Position numbers and translations under genes: made by a program. 64,000 nt of DNA from Candidatus Margulisiibacteriota bacterium (GTDB taxonomy: Bacteria > Margulisbacteria > WOR-1 > O2-12-FULL-45-9 > XYB2-FULL-48-7): contig JALOPZ010000002.1 of the NCBI GenBank assembly GCA_025453605.1, positions 388,631 through 452,630 on the forward strand. The letters are read 5' to 3'. Below, in pieces: positions 26,647 through 36,612 of this stretch. The first letter of the stretch is position 1, and each line of letters opens with the position of its first letter. The notes beneath the pieces were generated by a model that searched no databases, was not told the DNA's origin, and worked only from the letters and a program-made list of their open reading frames with translations.

Positions 26647-27323
26647 TTCCCCTCCTCCAACACCCGAAATAAATTCGCCAAAGTGCTCTTTTCGGCTGGA
26701 CCGGCGGGCCGCCAGGGGGAACCGATCTTAAGCCGGACCCGGCCGGGGTTGATCAAATACTCCGACGTGACCGGCGGCTGCTCGATCAGGAGCGGGATGA
26801 TCGCCGCTCCGCACAGGCGCGCGGTCCTGACCAGCGCGTCGTCAAGTTCGGCCGGTTTGCTGACCAGCCGCCGCAAGGCGGGCGGAAAGACCAACACCTG
26901 CTCTCCCCGCTGCAGCGCCTCCCGCAGGGATAAGAGAAAGGCGACGTCGGTCCCACCCAATTCGTAGATCAGGCAACCGGCGCTTTTTAAAACCCGGCCG
27001 AGGAGCGGAACCCGTAAAATATTGGAATCGGCGACCAGGCGCAAACGCTCCGGCCGGGCGGCGACCAGGTAAAGCGGTTCCAGTAAACCGGGATGCTCGG
27101 CTACCCAAAGAGAGCCGCCGCGCATTTTTCCCTGCGGCGCGCCGACCACTTCTACCCTGATAAAAGTGCAAGCCAGCAGAAGCTTCATCATTTGTCGGAA
27201 TATAGCGTAATACAGCGGACGAGCCAGGTCGCCCAGCGGCAACAGCAGCCAGGCCAGAACAGCCAGGATCAGCAAACCGATCAGGCAGAGGAGAAAGAAA
27301 TACGCCGAGAAAAGCCATGCCAT
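26643..27323 (-). CDS. PlsC-like acyltransferase (variant HX4E)
   Basis: SLWVAEHPGLLEP, VPLLGRVL, LQRGEQVLVFP, AAIIPL. Confidence 0.75.
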   Translation of the reverse strand: MAWLFSAYFFLLCLIGLLILAVLAWLLLPLGDLARPLYYAIFRQMMKLLLACTFIRVEVVGAPQGKMRGGSLWVAEHPGLLEPLYLVAARPERLRLVADSNILRVPLLGRVLKSAGCLIYELGGTDVAFLLSLREALQRGEQVLVFPPALRRLVSKPAELDDALVRTARLCGAAIIPLLIEQPPVTSEYLINPGRVRLKIGSPWRPAGPAEKSTLANLFRVLEEGK

Positions 27324-27365
27324 GATGGGGGGATTATAGCAAATCGACCGGCCGGTGACTATCGT

Positions 27366-28271
27366 TTAGATCTCGTTCAAACCGGCCCGTTTGGCACTGG
27401 TTTCCGGTTCCGGCAGGATCGAGACCGACCAGTAGTGGACCGGGCTGGTCCGGTTCAAATAGGCGTAATCGAGGTTGATCCCGCCGACGCTGATCCCGAG
27501 TCCGGTCGTCGTGCAATCGGTGGAACGGCCGGTCCGCAGCGCTAAACCCTTGACCGGCGTCCATTCACAGCCGAGCTCCTCGCCTTCGACCGTCCAGGTG
27601 ACATTGCCGTCAAACAGCCGGCCGGCCGCGCCGGCCAAAACCGCGTACTGCTTCCGGTCGACGGTCGAGAGATTGGCAATGGCGCTCTTGTCATTCCCCA
27701 TAAAGTTCTGGACCGCCAGACCGAGCGACAGGTCGCCGTTCGGCTTAAAGATCGTCGCCAGGTCGAGGTCGACGCTGGAGCCGCCATCCTGGGCGAGACC
27801 GTTGGCGATGCCGATCTTCCGGCTCGATAATTTCACGTTCATCCCGAGCTGCAGGGAACCGAGGCTGGCGGGGACCCGCATCGCCTGGTTCAGGTCGCGG
27901 GCCATCGTGATATAAAGTGTCTGGGTCGTGTATTTGACCGGGCTGTCGCCGTCATAGGTCGTGACCGGGACAGTCCCCTCGATCGGATCGCTGGAGCCGA
28001 TGTAACCGATCCCGAGATTACCGAACGGGGTCGTTTCCACTCCGCCGATCATCGTATATTCCCGACCCTCCTGAAGCCTGGTGGCGGCCATGACCGATTC
28101 CCGCTTCAACCCGGCAATACCGGCCGGATTAATGAAGATCGCGTTGACGTCATCGGACATCGCGACCCAGGCGCCCCCCATCCCCATCGGCCGGGCCCCG
28201 AGGTTTTCCTGAGCCAGCGCCGGAACCATTAACATAACTAATAGGAGCGCACAGAGAGTTGTTTTGTTCAT
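27366..28271 (-). CDS. PorV/PorQ-like (FadL-type) outer-membrane beta-barrel protein
   Basis: Signal peptide, then GARPMGMGGAWVAMSDDVNAIFINPAG; amphipathic strands; LDYAY near the C-terminus. Confidence 0.82.
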   Translation of the reverse strand: MNKTTLCALLLVMLMVPALAQENLGARPMGMGGAWVAMSDDVNAIFINPAGIAGLKRESVMAATRLQEGREYTMIGGVETTPFGNLGIGYIGSSDPIEGTVPVTTYDGDSPVKYTTQTLYITMARDLNQAMRVPASLGSLQLGMNVKLSSRKIGIANGLAQDGGSSVDLDLATIFKPNGDLSLGLAVQNFMGNDKSAIANLSTVDRKQYAVLAGAAGRLFDGNVTWTVEGEELGCEWTPVKGLALRTGRSTDCTTTGLGISVGGINLDYAYLNRTSPVHYWSVSILPEPETSAKRAGLNEI

Positions 28272-28281
28272 TTCACTAACT

Positions 28282-28310
28282 CTATCGGGCCGAAGGGAGG
28301 AAAACTTGCG
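28282..28310 (-). promoter_or_regulatory. Sigma-28-like promoter copy 6
   Basis: CGCAAGTTTT-N11-CCCGATAG, 10 nt before ATG 28271. Confidence 0.8.
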
Positions 28311-28316
28311 TGGTTT

Positions 28317-29408
28317 TTAGCCTAAATTATCGGGCCGGATCCGGCTCTGGGGAGGGACCTCCTGGCCGGGGCGGATGACTGCCCGGTTGGCGATCACCGT
28401 GCCGGCACCGATCCGGGCTTTTTTGCCGAGGTGGGAGAACGAACCGACCACCGCGCCGTCGACCACCGCCTCTTCGCAAACGACCACGTCTGACCAGATG
28501 ACCGACCCGGTCACCGCCGCGCCGTCGGCGATCACGCATTTGTCGCCAATGACTGAATCCTTGATATAGACGTCCCGGCCGATCCGGCAGCGGTCGCCGA
28601 TGATCACCGACCCCTCGAACCGGGCGCTCCGGTCGATGTTCTCCCGCTCGCCGACCCAGGTAGAGCTGGCCAGTTTTTTGCCGGGGATGCTGATCTTGAG
28701 CGCGCCGCTCATCGCGTCGTAATTGGAGCGGATGTACTGGTCAAGCCCGCCGACATCGTTCCAGTACTCAACCATCTGGTAGCCGAACAGCGGGGCCTGC
28801 TCCTTGACCAGGCGGGGAAAGAGCTGCTTGCCAAAGTCGTAAAAACCGTCCGGGATCAGATCAAGAATGGCCGGCTCAAAAATATAGATCCCGGTATTGG
28901 CCAGATCGCTCAAGGCGACCGCCGGCTCCGGCTTCTCCTGGAAACCGGTCACCCGCCCCTGCTGGTCCTGCAGAACTACGCCAAACCCCCTGACATCGGG
29001 GACCTTAGCCAGCGCGATGGTCGCCAGCGCTTTTTTCTCCCGGTGATAAGCAAGAAACCGGCCCAGGTTGATGCTGGTCAGCGCGTCGGACGATAAAACG
29101 AGGAATGTTTCGTCGACCCGGGCGATCCCGGCCATCTTTTTGACCCCGCCGGCTGTCCCGAGCAGCGTCTCTTCGTAGGAGTAATCGATATTGACGCCGA
29201 AGGAGTGCCCGTCGCCAAAGTAGTTCTCGATCTGCTCCGGGTGGTAGTGGATGTTAGCAACGATCTCGGAAAAACCGTGCTGTTTGAGCAGCTCGATATT
29301 ATGCTGCATCGTCGGCAGATTGACGATCGGGACCATCGGCTTGGGGACCGCCAGGGTCAGCGGTTCGAGCCGGGTCCCAAAACCGGCCGCCAGGATCAGG
29401 GCCTTCAC
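28317..29408 (-). CDS. NDP-sugar pyrophosphorylase (mannose-1-phosphate guanylyltransferase-like)
   Basis: ILAAGFGTRLEPLT...PKPMVP, LGTAGG, FQEKP; C-terminal hexapeptide repeats. Confidence 0.92.
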   Translation of the reverse strand: MKALILAAGFGTRLEPLTLAVPKPMVPIVNLPTMQHNIELLKQHGFSEIVANIHYHPEQIENYFGDGHSFGVNIDYSYEETLLGTAGGVKKMAGIARVDETFLVLSSDALTSINLGRFLAYHREKKALATIALAKVPDVRGFGVVLQDQQGRVTGFQEKPEPAVALSDLANTGIYIFEPAILDLIPDGFYDFGKQLFPRLVKEQAPLFGYQMVEYWNDVGGLDQYIRSNYDAMSGALKISIPGKKLASSTWVGERENIDRSARFEGSVIIGDRCRIGRDVYIKDSVIGDKCVIADGAAVTGSVIWSDVVVCEEAVVDGAVVGSFSHLGKKARIGAGTVIANRAVIRPGQEVPPQSRIRPDNLG

Positions 29409-29836
29409 TTATCGATCTTCCTTAACCGCCTCAGGTGGCGCTCGTCACCGGAGAACGGGGTTTTTAACCAGATCCCGAGGAGTTTAAGCGCTTTAGCCGC
29501 GGTGATCACCCGACCGCCGAAACAGATGATGTTGCTGTCCCCGTGCTCCCGACTCTGTTTAGCTGTATAAGCGTCGGTGACGACCACCGCCCGCACCCCT
29601 TTGACCCGGTTCGCCGTGATGGAAACGCCGACACCGGAGCCGCAGACCAGTATCCCCCGGTCATACTTTTTCGCGGCAACCGCCCGGGCGACCGGATAAG
29701 CAAAATCGGGATAATCGCACGACTCCTCGGCAAAAGTGCCGAAATCCTTGAATTCGATCCCCCGCTTTTTCAAATACGCCAGGATCCTGGTTTTTAACGG
29801 AAACCCGCCGTGGTCGGAACCGAGTGCGATCTTCAC
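29405..29836 (-). CDS. rpiB: Ribose-5-phosphate isomerase B
   Basis: [25 protein letters not shown]. Confidence 0.96.
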   Translation of the reverse strand: MKIALGSDHGGFPLKTRILAYLKKRGIEFKDFGTFAEESCDYPDFAYPVARAVAAKKYDRGILVCGSGVGVSITANRVKGVRAVVVTDAYTAKQSREHGDSNIICFGGRVITAAKALKLLGIWLKTPFSGDERHLRRLRKIDK

Positions 29837-30540
29837 TTGATAGCCTCCTTCATCTCCCGGGTCGCCTCTTCCAGGCCGACCAACAGGCCGCGGGCAATTA
29901 TCGCAAAGCCAATGTTAAGCTCTTCCAGCCCCGGGATCCGGGCGACCGGCCCGACATTCTGATAATCGAGTCCGTGCCCGGCGTTGATCCGCAGACCGAT
30001 CAATCTCGCCTGCTGGGCGGCGACCCCAAGTTTTTCCAATTCACGGGGCGCTCTTTTCCGGCAATAACGACCGGTGTGCAGTTCGATAAAATCGGCCTGG
30101 AGCACCGCCGCTTCGGCGACCTGATCGTGATCGGGGTCGATAAAGAGGCTGACGAGTATCCCTTTGTCCTGTAATTTCCGAATGACATTCCTTAATTTTG
30201 AATTTTTACTTTTTACTTTTGACTTAAGGTCGAGCCCGCCCTCAGTGGTGAGCTCGCGCCGTTTCTCGGGAACAATGGTGACCAGATCGGGTTTTAGTCT
30301 GATAGCGATCCGGGCCATCTCGTCGGTCGCGGCCATTTCCAGGTCGAGCCGGCCCGGCAAAGCGCGCAAGCGGCGGACGTCGGCGTCCTGAATATGCCGG
30401 CGGTCTTCGCGCAGGTGGCAAACCACTCCGTCGGCCCCGCCGGCAATGACCGCCCGGGCGGCGCTGACCGGATCAGGGATTGTTTCCTGACGGGCCTGGC
30501 GCAGGGTCGCAACGTGGTCGATATTTACCCCGAGTCTCAT
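29833..30540 (-). CDS. pdxJ: Pyridoxine 5'-phosphate synthase
   Basis: [51 protein letters not shown]; start ATG 30540. Confidence 0.97.
   Translation of the reverse strand: MRLGVNIDHVATLRQARQETIPDPVSAARAVIAGGADGVVCHLREDRRHIQDADVRRLRALPGRLDLEMAATDEMARIAIRLKPDLVTIVPEKRRELTTEGGLDLKSKVKSKNSKLRNVIRKLQDKGILVSLFIDPDHDQVAEAAVLQADFIELHTGRYCRKRAPRELEKLGVAAQQARLIGLRINAGHGLDYQNVGPVARIPGLEELNIGFAIIARGLLVGLEEATREMKEAIK
30194..30225. repeat. Heptamer tandem repeat inside pdxJ
   Basis: AATTTTG-AATTTTT-ACTTTTT-ACTTTTG-ACTT, encoding [11 protein letters not shown]. Confidence 0.8.
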
Positions 30541-31013
30541 AGCTCTTTGTGGATCAGACAAACCGCGTAAGCCTTGATCCCCTGCCTGGTCCCGGTAAAA
30601 CCGAGCCCTTCCTCGGTTTTCCCCTTGACGTTGACCAGCTCGGGCGCGATCTTTAGCGCGCCGGCGATCCGGCTCTTCATCGTCTCAAGGTAAGGAGCGA
30701 TCCGCGGCGCTTCGGCGACGACCGTCGAATCAATATTGTTGATAAAATAACCGCGGCTGCTGACCAGTTCACTGACAAAGGCGAGCATTTTTAAGCTATC
30801 GGCACCCTGCCATTCCGGGTCGCCAGGCGGAAAATGCCGGCCGATATCCCCCTCGCCGAGCGCGCCGAGGAGCGCATCGATGATCGCGTGGAGGAGAACG
30901 TCGGCGTCCGACCACCCCTCCAGCCCCTGGGGATGCTTAATCTCCACCCCGCCGAGGAGGAGCTTTCCCCCTTTTTTGAACTTATGAACGTCGTAACCAA
31001 AACCGATTTTCAT
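30537..31013 (-). CDS. ispF: 2-C-methyl-D-erythritol 2,4-cyclodiphosphate synthase
   Basis: [47 protein letters not shown]. Confidence 0.97.
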   Translation of the reverse strand: MKIGFGYDVHKFKKGGKLLLGGVEIKHPQGLEGWSDADVLLHAIIDALLGALGEGDIGRHFPPGDPEWQGADSLKMLAFVSELVSSRGYFINNIDSTVVAEAPRIAPYLETMKSRIAGALKIAPELVNVKGKTEEGLGFTGTRQGIKAYAVCLIHKEL

Positions 31014-31014
31014 T

Positions 31015-31042
31015 ACTTTTTACTTTTTAATTTTTAATTTTG
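31015..31042. repeat. Heptamer tandem repeat filling the spacer upstream of ispF
   Basis: ACTTTTT-ACTTTTT-AATTTTT-AATTTTG. Confidence 0.8.
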
Positions 31043-31044
31043 AG

Positions 31045-31641
31045 TTAATAGCCCTTAAAAAAGTATAACACATTGGCCACATACTCCCAAACAACGAACC
31101 CGGTGTCTTCGTGTCGGGTCCACCAGCGGTCGGGATTGAATTCGCTCCGGCGGCACGGGTACGAGATCACCCTGATCCCGGCCGGGGCAAAGACCTTGCG
31201 AAAGACGACCGCCGCCCGGCGGCTGTGGTAAGGGGAAGTGACCAAAATAACGCTCCGCGCCCCGCTCTCCTTCACCTGCGGCAGGGAAAAAATCGCGTCT
31301 TCGAGGGTCGAACGGGATTCGGCCTGGAGGCTGATCGCCGCCGCCGGGACTCCCGACTCGACCGCCTGCTTTTTCATCCACTGCGCGGCGGTCAGGTGCC
31401 AGGCGAGCGGACCGCCCGACATCAGGAGGCGCGGCGCGTAACCGGCCTTATAAAGACCGACCGCCTCCGCGACCCGCTCGCCGTTGTTGTCCCCGCTCAG
31501 CACGATGATCAGGTCGGCCCGGTCAAGGCTGTCGCGGACGACCAGATGATCGGCCAGGAACGGGAGAAAATACGGCTGCGTCAGGTAGATGCCGAGCGCC
31601 AGAATGAACAGGGTTAAAAGAAAACCTGCTAACCTTTTCAT
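31045..31641 (-). CDS. YdcF/ElyC (DUF218) family protein
   Basis: N-terminal TM, ADLIIVLSG, LLMSGG, SRSTLEDA, LVTSPYHSRRA. Confidence 0.88.
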   Translation of the reverse strand: MKRLAGFLLTLFILALGIYLTQPYFLPFLADHLVVRDSLDRADLIIVLSGDNNGERVAEAVGLYKAGYAPRLLMSGGPLAWHLTAAQWMKKQAVESGVPAAAISLQAESRSTLEDAIFSLPQVKESGARSVILVTSPYHSRRAAVVFRKVFAPAGIRVISYPCRRSEFNPDRWWTRHEDTGFVVWEYVANVLYFFKGY

Positions 31642-32777
31642 CGCGGCAACCGGAAGAGCGACCGGAAGAGGAAGCGCGGATTGCGCGCCAGCCCCATCAG
31701 GAGGGCGCCGATCGTCGGGTAAGTGCGCGGATTGGAGACCAGGCTCCAGATGACCGACGAATGGTTCTCAAAATCACCGATCTTCTCGATCAGCCGGGAG
31801 TTGTCCCGGACATACTCGAACATTTTTTTCAGGACGTCTTCGCCCATGTTTTCCAGAATATTGCGCAGGAGGAGGCAGATCCGGATCTCCTGCTCGAACT
31901 CTTCCGACCAGCGGGTCTGATACTGGGCCAGGTTATTGTCCCGGACTGCGTCGACCAGCATTTCCGCCGCTTTTAACCCGTAGTAGATGCCGCCGGAGGT
32001 GATCGGTTTGACCTGGCAGGCGGCGTCGCCGACCAGCATTGCCTGCCCTTTAACCAGCTCGCAGGTGCCGATCGGGATCGCGCCGGCGTTTTTCTCGATG
32101 ATCTCCCCGGTCAATTTATGCTTTTCCAGGAAGCGGTTCAGTTCCTGGTACGGATTATTGCAGATCGTGCCGACCCTGGCCACCCCATTCCCTTCCGGGA
32201 TCAACCAGGTAAAAAGGGAGAACGGTTTGACGTAGTCGACTTCGACCGCGTCGAGCCGCTCGGGGGTCATTTTGATCCGGTACTGATAGCCGCGGTACAG
32301 CTTCATGTCGGAATTAAAACCGAGCGCCTTGCGGACCCGGGAATTCGGCCCGTCCGCGCCGATCACCAGGTCAGCAAAATACTCGCCGTTATTAGTCTTC
32401 AGAAAGTACCCTTCCCGGATCGGGTGGATGTCCTGCAAGGTGGTATTGAACTCAATCTCCAGTTTGTGGCTTAACTCCTGGTCAAAAAGAGCGCGATCGA
32501 CGATGTAGGCGACCGTCTGGCGATGGAGGTCAAAAGCGGCGCCATTGTAGCTGACCCGAGCGCCGTTGATCGTGTTCTGGATCGATCGCCGCGAGAGAGG
32601 GAGCCGAAGCTCTTCGAACAGCCCCTTCCCGACTATCCCGGCGCAGGAGACCGGCCGGCCGACCTGCGCGTGCTCTTCCAGCAGGAGCGGATTATAACCG
32701 GCGTGTTTTAAAAGCTGGGCGGTGTAGCAGCCGATCGGCCCGGCGCCGACAATGATGATCTTGGCGTTCTTTTTCAT
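31638..32777 (-). CDS. Geranylgeranyl reductase family FAD oxidoreductase
   Basis: IVGAGPIG, PVSCAG, DRALFD, IGADGPNS, LVGDAACQVKPITSGGI. Confidence 0.88.
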   Translation of the reverse strand: MKKNAKIIIVGAGPIGCYTAQLLKHAGYNPLLLEEHAQVGRPVSCAGIVGKGLFEELRLPLSRRSIQNTINGARVSYNGAAFDLHRQTVAYIVDRALFDQELSHKLEIEFNTTLQDIHPIREGYFLKTNNGEYFADLVIGADGPNSRVRKALGFNSDMKLYRGYQYRIKMTPERLDAVEVDYVKPFSLFTWLIPEGNGVARVGTICNNPYQELNRFLEKHKLTGEIIEKNAGAIPIGTCELVKGQAMLVGDAACQVKPITSGGIYYGLKAAEMLVDAVRDNNLAQYQTRWSEEFEQEIRICLLLRNILENMGEDVLKKMFEYVRDNSRLIEKIGDFENHSSVIWSLVSNPRTYPTIGALLMGLARNPRFLFRSLFRLPR

Positions 32778-32836
32778 GTCGCAGCGTTAATTATAGCGTA
32801 TTTGCGGCGGCCGGTAAAGAATGGTAGAATCACGCC

Positions 32837-35221
32837 GTGCAGCGCTGGTTGCTCCTCACTCTGATCGTTCTGCTCGGCGGGACGGCATTCGCCGCGCCCC
32901 GGTTGACCGTCGACCAATCCGGCGCCCTTTACCAATCCTGGCTGGCCCCGACCGGTGAAAGCCTCGCCCTGACTATCCGCCGCTCCCCCGATCAGGGGAT
33001 CAACTTCGGTCCGGCGCAGATCCTTTACCGCTGTTCGGCGGAAACAACGAGCGCCGATCTCGCCTTCGGCCCCAACCGCGCGCTCGCCCTGGTCTATGGC
33101 ACTACCCGGGAAGCCTGGTTCACCTTCTCGGCCGATAACGGCCGCACCTTCTCCTTGCCGCAGCAGTTAACCGGCGAAGCGGCAACGGACCCGGCGGTCG
33201 CTCTGGATGGGGCCGGCCAGCCGCATTTTCTTTACCTGGTCAAGATAGCGGACCGCGATCTGACCGAACTCCGCTACGTCCCCGGTCTGTCGACCGAAGC
33301 GGTCGTCCTGGAGCGCTCAGCCGACACGCTCGGCGCGCCGCGGCTGTTCGCCTCCCCCTGGGGACTGATCGCCCTCTTCACCAAAACTTACCAGACCAGG
33401 CAGAACACTTTTTACGCCGTCTCCCCCGATAACGGCCGCCATTTTAGCCGTCCCCAGCTCCTCGACCCGGCGCCGGAGATCGCCGCGTTCATTTACCAAT
33501 ACCGGAACGGTAAACTGGATCTCCCCCGGCCCGCACCACCCGAACCGCACACACCTTCCCCCGAGGCGATCAGTAACAGCGCCACGGTCGAGATCAGTTA
33601 CCGGCAGCCGGCGACCGATCCGGTCGTCACCCGCCTCGATCTCTCGACCGACCCTGATTTTCCTGCCGACCGGACCTGGACCTTTGAACGGCTCGATCTC
33701 CCGGCGACCGGGGAAGGAGTGTATCGGCTGCCGATCGCTCTCGCCGACGCCGTTTACTACTGGCGGCTGATGACCTTTAACGGAGTGACCGCCAGCCAGT
33801 CCTCACCGACCAGGGTCCTCCGGCTCGACCGGCAAGCGCCGCTGATCACGCTGACCGGACCGGCGGGGACGACCAGCGAAGCGCGGCAGATCACCGTCAC
33901 CGGTCTGTTGAGTGAAAAAGGGACGCTGACGATCAACGGGACGGCGACGACCGTGGAGTCGGGAGGTAAGTTTTCCCGGCCATGGACGCTGGCGCCCGGG
34001 GCCAATCAATTGCGGCTGATCGCGACCGATGAGGCCGGTAACGCCGGCACCCTGACCCGGCCGGTCGCTTATTCGACGGTCAAGCCGCTGCTGACCGTCC
34101 TCAAGCCGCGCCCGGATGATTGGTTCAGACCCGATTCGAGCATTCTTTTTTCTATAACGGTCACCGACCTGCAGGCGGACGTCGCCGACGAGAGCGAAGC
34201 CGAGCTGGTGATCGCCGGCCAGAGCGTGCCGGACCAGCTTATTTACAGCCGGGACGACGGCTCGCTCTCCGGTTTTATCAAGCTGCCGATCGAGCTGGGC
34301 GACGGGCGGTTCAACGTCACCATCCGGTTGCGCGACGAGGCCGGCAACCTGGCCGAGGAAAGGTTGACACTGAACATCGATCGGACGGCGCCGGTTTTAG
34401 TGCTGGCCAGCGGTGAGGCGTTCTTCTGCAACGCGCCAGCCCTCGTCCCCCTGCCGCTCTGCGACACCGGAGCCGGGCTTGATCCGGCCGGCACGCTGGT
34501 CAACCTGCTCGGAACATCAGGCGAAGTTGTCGTCTCCGGCGAGGCCCTTCTGCTTAAACCGGTCAGATCGCTCGCGCCCGGTAGTTACGAAGTGATCGTC
34601 ACCCCGCGCGACCGGATCGGCAACACCGGACCGCAAACTATTTTTACCCTGGTGATCGACGATCAAGCGCCGACGCTGATCATCACCGGAAGTCAGGAGA
34701 GCGGCGGACGCCTTCGCCTGGCAGGAGAAGTAGTCGATCAGTCCCCCGACCGCCTCAAGGTTTATAATAGCGGCAAGCTGATCGATAATTACCAGCTATG
34801 TGGCCCCCTCTTTATCCGCGAGTTCCCGCTGACGGCCGGTCACAATGAACTGCGGATCGAGGCGGTCGATCGGGCCGGCAACAGCAGCAGTCAGCAGTTG
34901 AGCGTCCAGGTCGCGGCGATCCAGCGTTCAGCCACGGTCGCCAGGCTCGGCCACGCCCCCAACCCATTTACCGCCGGCTCCGGCGAAATGTACTTTACTT
35001 ACGTCCTGAACTCAAGTGCCGATCTCAAGTTCTTCATTTTCGACCTGAGCGGCACGCTGATCTGGCAGCGGACGCTGACCGGAACAGGCAGCGGCAGTTT
35101 GGCCTGGAACGGGATCGATCACTTCGGGCGGACCGTGGCGCGGGGGGTTTATCCTTACATTGTCCAGGTGGCGGCTGGCGGGGTTGACGAGCTCTACCGC
35201 GGTAAAATAATCGTTTACTAA
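32837..35221 (+). CDS. Exported protein: Asp-box region, Ig-like repeats, C-terminal FlgD-Ig/T9SS-CTD-like domain
   Basis: Signal peptide; SxDxGxxF boxes (SPDQGINF, SADNGRTF, SPDNGRHF); repeated D[ER]xGN and [IL]DxxAP; C-terminal APNPF...IFDLSG...WNG...GVYPY...GKII. Confidence 0.82.
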   Translation: MQRWLLLTLIVLLGGTAFAAPRLTVDQSGALYQSWLAPTGESLALTIRRSPDQGINFGPAQILYRCSAETTSADLAFGPNRALALVYGTTREAWFTFSADNGRTFSLPQQLTGEAATDPAVALDGAGQPHFLYLVKIADRDLTELRYVPGLSTEAVVLERSADTLGAPRLFASPWGLIALFTKTYQTRQNTFYAVSPDNGRHFSRPQLLDPAPEIAAFIYQYRNGKLDLPRPAPPEPHTPSPEAISNSATVEISYRQPATDPVVTRLDLSTDPDFPADRTWTFERLDLPATGEGVYRLPIALADAVYYWRLMTFNGVTASQSSPTRVLRLDRQAPLITLTGPAGTTSEARQITVTGLLSEKGTLTINGTATTVESGGKFSRPWTLAPGANQLRLIATDEAGNAGTLTRPVAYSTVKPLLTVLKPRPDDWFRPDSSILFSITVTDLQADVADESEAELVIAGQSVPDQLIYSRDDGSLSGFIKLPIELGDGRFNVTIRLRDEAGNLAEERLTLNIDRTAPVLVLASGEAFFCNAPALVPLPLCDTGAGLDPAGTLVNLLGTSGEVVVSGEALLLKPVRSLAPGSYEVIVTPRDRIGNTGPQTIFTLVIDDQAPTLIITGSQESGGRLRLAGEVVDQSPDRLKVYNSGKLIDNYQLCGPLFIREFPLTAGHNELRIEAVDRAGNSSSQQLSVQVAAIQRSATVARLGHAPNPFTAGSGEMYFTYVLNSSADLKFFIFDLSGTLIWQRTLTGTGSGSLAWNGIDHFGRTVARGVYPYIVQVAAGGVDELYRGKIIVY

Positions 35222-36612
35222 TACGCGCCGCTCCCGGTCAGCGTGACCGGGATGGTGCGGAGCAAGATCTTCAGGTCCTGCCAGAGCGACCAGTTCTCGA
35301 TGTAATAAATATCAAGCCTCACCATATCCTCGAACGGCAGATGCGACCGGCCGGAAACCTGCCAGAGCCCGGTGATCCCGGGACGGACCCGCAGGCGTTT
35401 GCGGTGCCAGGCGTTATATTTGGCTACCTCGCGGGGCAGAGGAGGCCGCGGTCCGACCAGGCTCATCTGGCCGAACAAAACATTGATCAGCTGCGGCAGC
35501 TCGTCGATGCTGAAGCGGCGCAAAAACCTGCCGGGCGGGGTCAGGCGGGGATCGTTCTTCATCTTGAAAATATGCCCTGCCACCTCGGACCGGTCCGCCA
35601 GCTGGTCGATCATTTTGTCCGCGTCCTTGATCATCGAGCGAAATTTATACATCGGAAAGGTGCGCCCGTCGAGCCCGACCCGCTCCTGCGCGTAGAGGAC
35701 CGGTCCGGGCGAGGTCAGCTTGACCAGCAGGGCGACCGCGCCGAGCAGCGGCGACAGGAGGAGCAAGCCGAGACCGGACGCGAGGAGATCGACCGACCGT
35801 TTAACTGCCGCGTTCAAACCTTGCAGCCTGATCTCGGAGACGGTCAGCAGCGGGACGCCGGCGATCTCGTCGACGTCGACCCGGCTGGCGATCAACTCCA
35901 GGATCCCCGGGACGATCTTAAACTCGACGCCGAACCGCTCGCACTCGGTAATGATATCGAGGACCTTGTCGGCCGGGATCTTGGCGCTGGCGATCAGCAC
36001 CTCATTGATCCGTTCGCGCGGGATAATGTCTCTGACCGCCGCCAGCGTCCCGAGGACCGGCACCCCTCTGATGCACTGCTTCTGCTTAGCCGGATCGTCG
36101 TCCAGATAACCGACCACCCGGTAGCCGAGCCCCCGGTCCAGCAGCAGCTTGGCGACCAGCGTCTCTCCCATCTCCCCCGCCCCCAGGACGAGCGTATTCT
36201 TGACGCCGCGACCGCAAGCGCGCAGCAGGCGCTGGCCGCCCGCCAGCGCGATCCGGCTGAGCGCCAGCAGGAGAAATGATATCCACCAGGCGTTCAAGAC
36301 GACCAGGCGGGAGAACCAGAGCTCGCGGTAGAGAAAAAGAAAGCCGACCAGCACCAGCGAGGAGACCGAGACGCTGAAAAAGAGGAGCGCCAGTTCATCG
36401 ACCAGCGCGGTGAACTTTTTATTGTCGTAGAGGCCGATCAGCTTGTTGATCGCCAACCAGACGATCACCACAAAAGCGAGCGTGTTAAAGTAACGTTCAA
36501 AGATCGGCAGCGACTGGGGGGCGAGAAAGAGCATGACCTTGAACCGGAGATAGTAAGCCAGGATGAAAGAGAGGATGATGCCGCCGGCATCGATCAGCGC
36601 TTTCAGGATCAT
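35218..36612 (-). CDS. Undecaprenyl-phosphate sugar phosphotransferase (WcaJ/CpsE-like)
   Basis: KRSVDL, KFRSM, DPRLT, IDELPQLINV, MSLVGPRP, PGITGLWQV, DIYYIENWS; start ATG 36612 (ATGA overlap). Confidence 0.94.
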   Translation of the reverse strand: MILKALIDAGGIILSFILAYYLRFKVMLFLAPQSLPIFERYFNTLAFVVIVWLAINKLIGLYDNKKFTALVDELALLFFSVSVSSLVLVGFLFLYRELWFSRLVVLNAWWISFLLLALSRIALAGGQRLLRACGRGVKNTLVLGAGEMGETLVAKLLLDRGLGYRVVGYLDDDPAKQKQCIRGVPVLGTLAAVRDIIPRERINEVLIASAKIPADKVLDIITECERFGVEFKIVPGILELIASRVDVDEIAGVPLLTVSEIRLQGLNAAVKRSVDLLASGLGLLLLSPLLGAVALLVKLTSPGPVLYAQERVGLDGRTFPMYKFRSMIKDADKMIDQLADRSEVAGHIFKMKNDPRLTPPGRFLRRFSIDELPQLINVLFGQMSLVGPRPPLPREVAKYNAWHRKRLRVRPGITGLWQVSGRSHLPFEDMVRLDIYYIENWSLWQDLKILLRTIPVTLTGSGAY

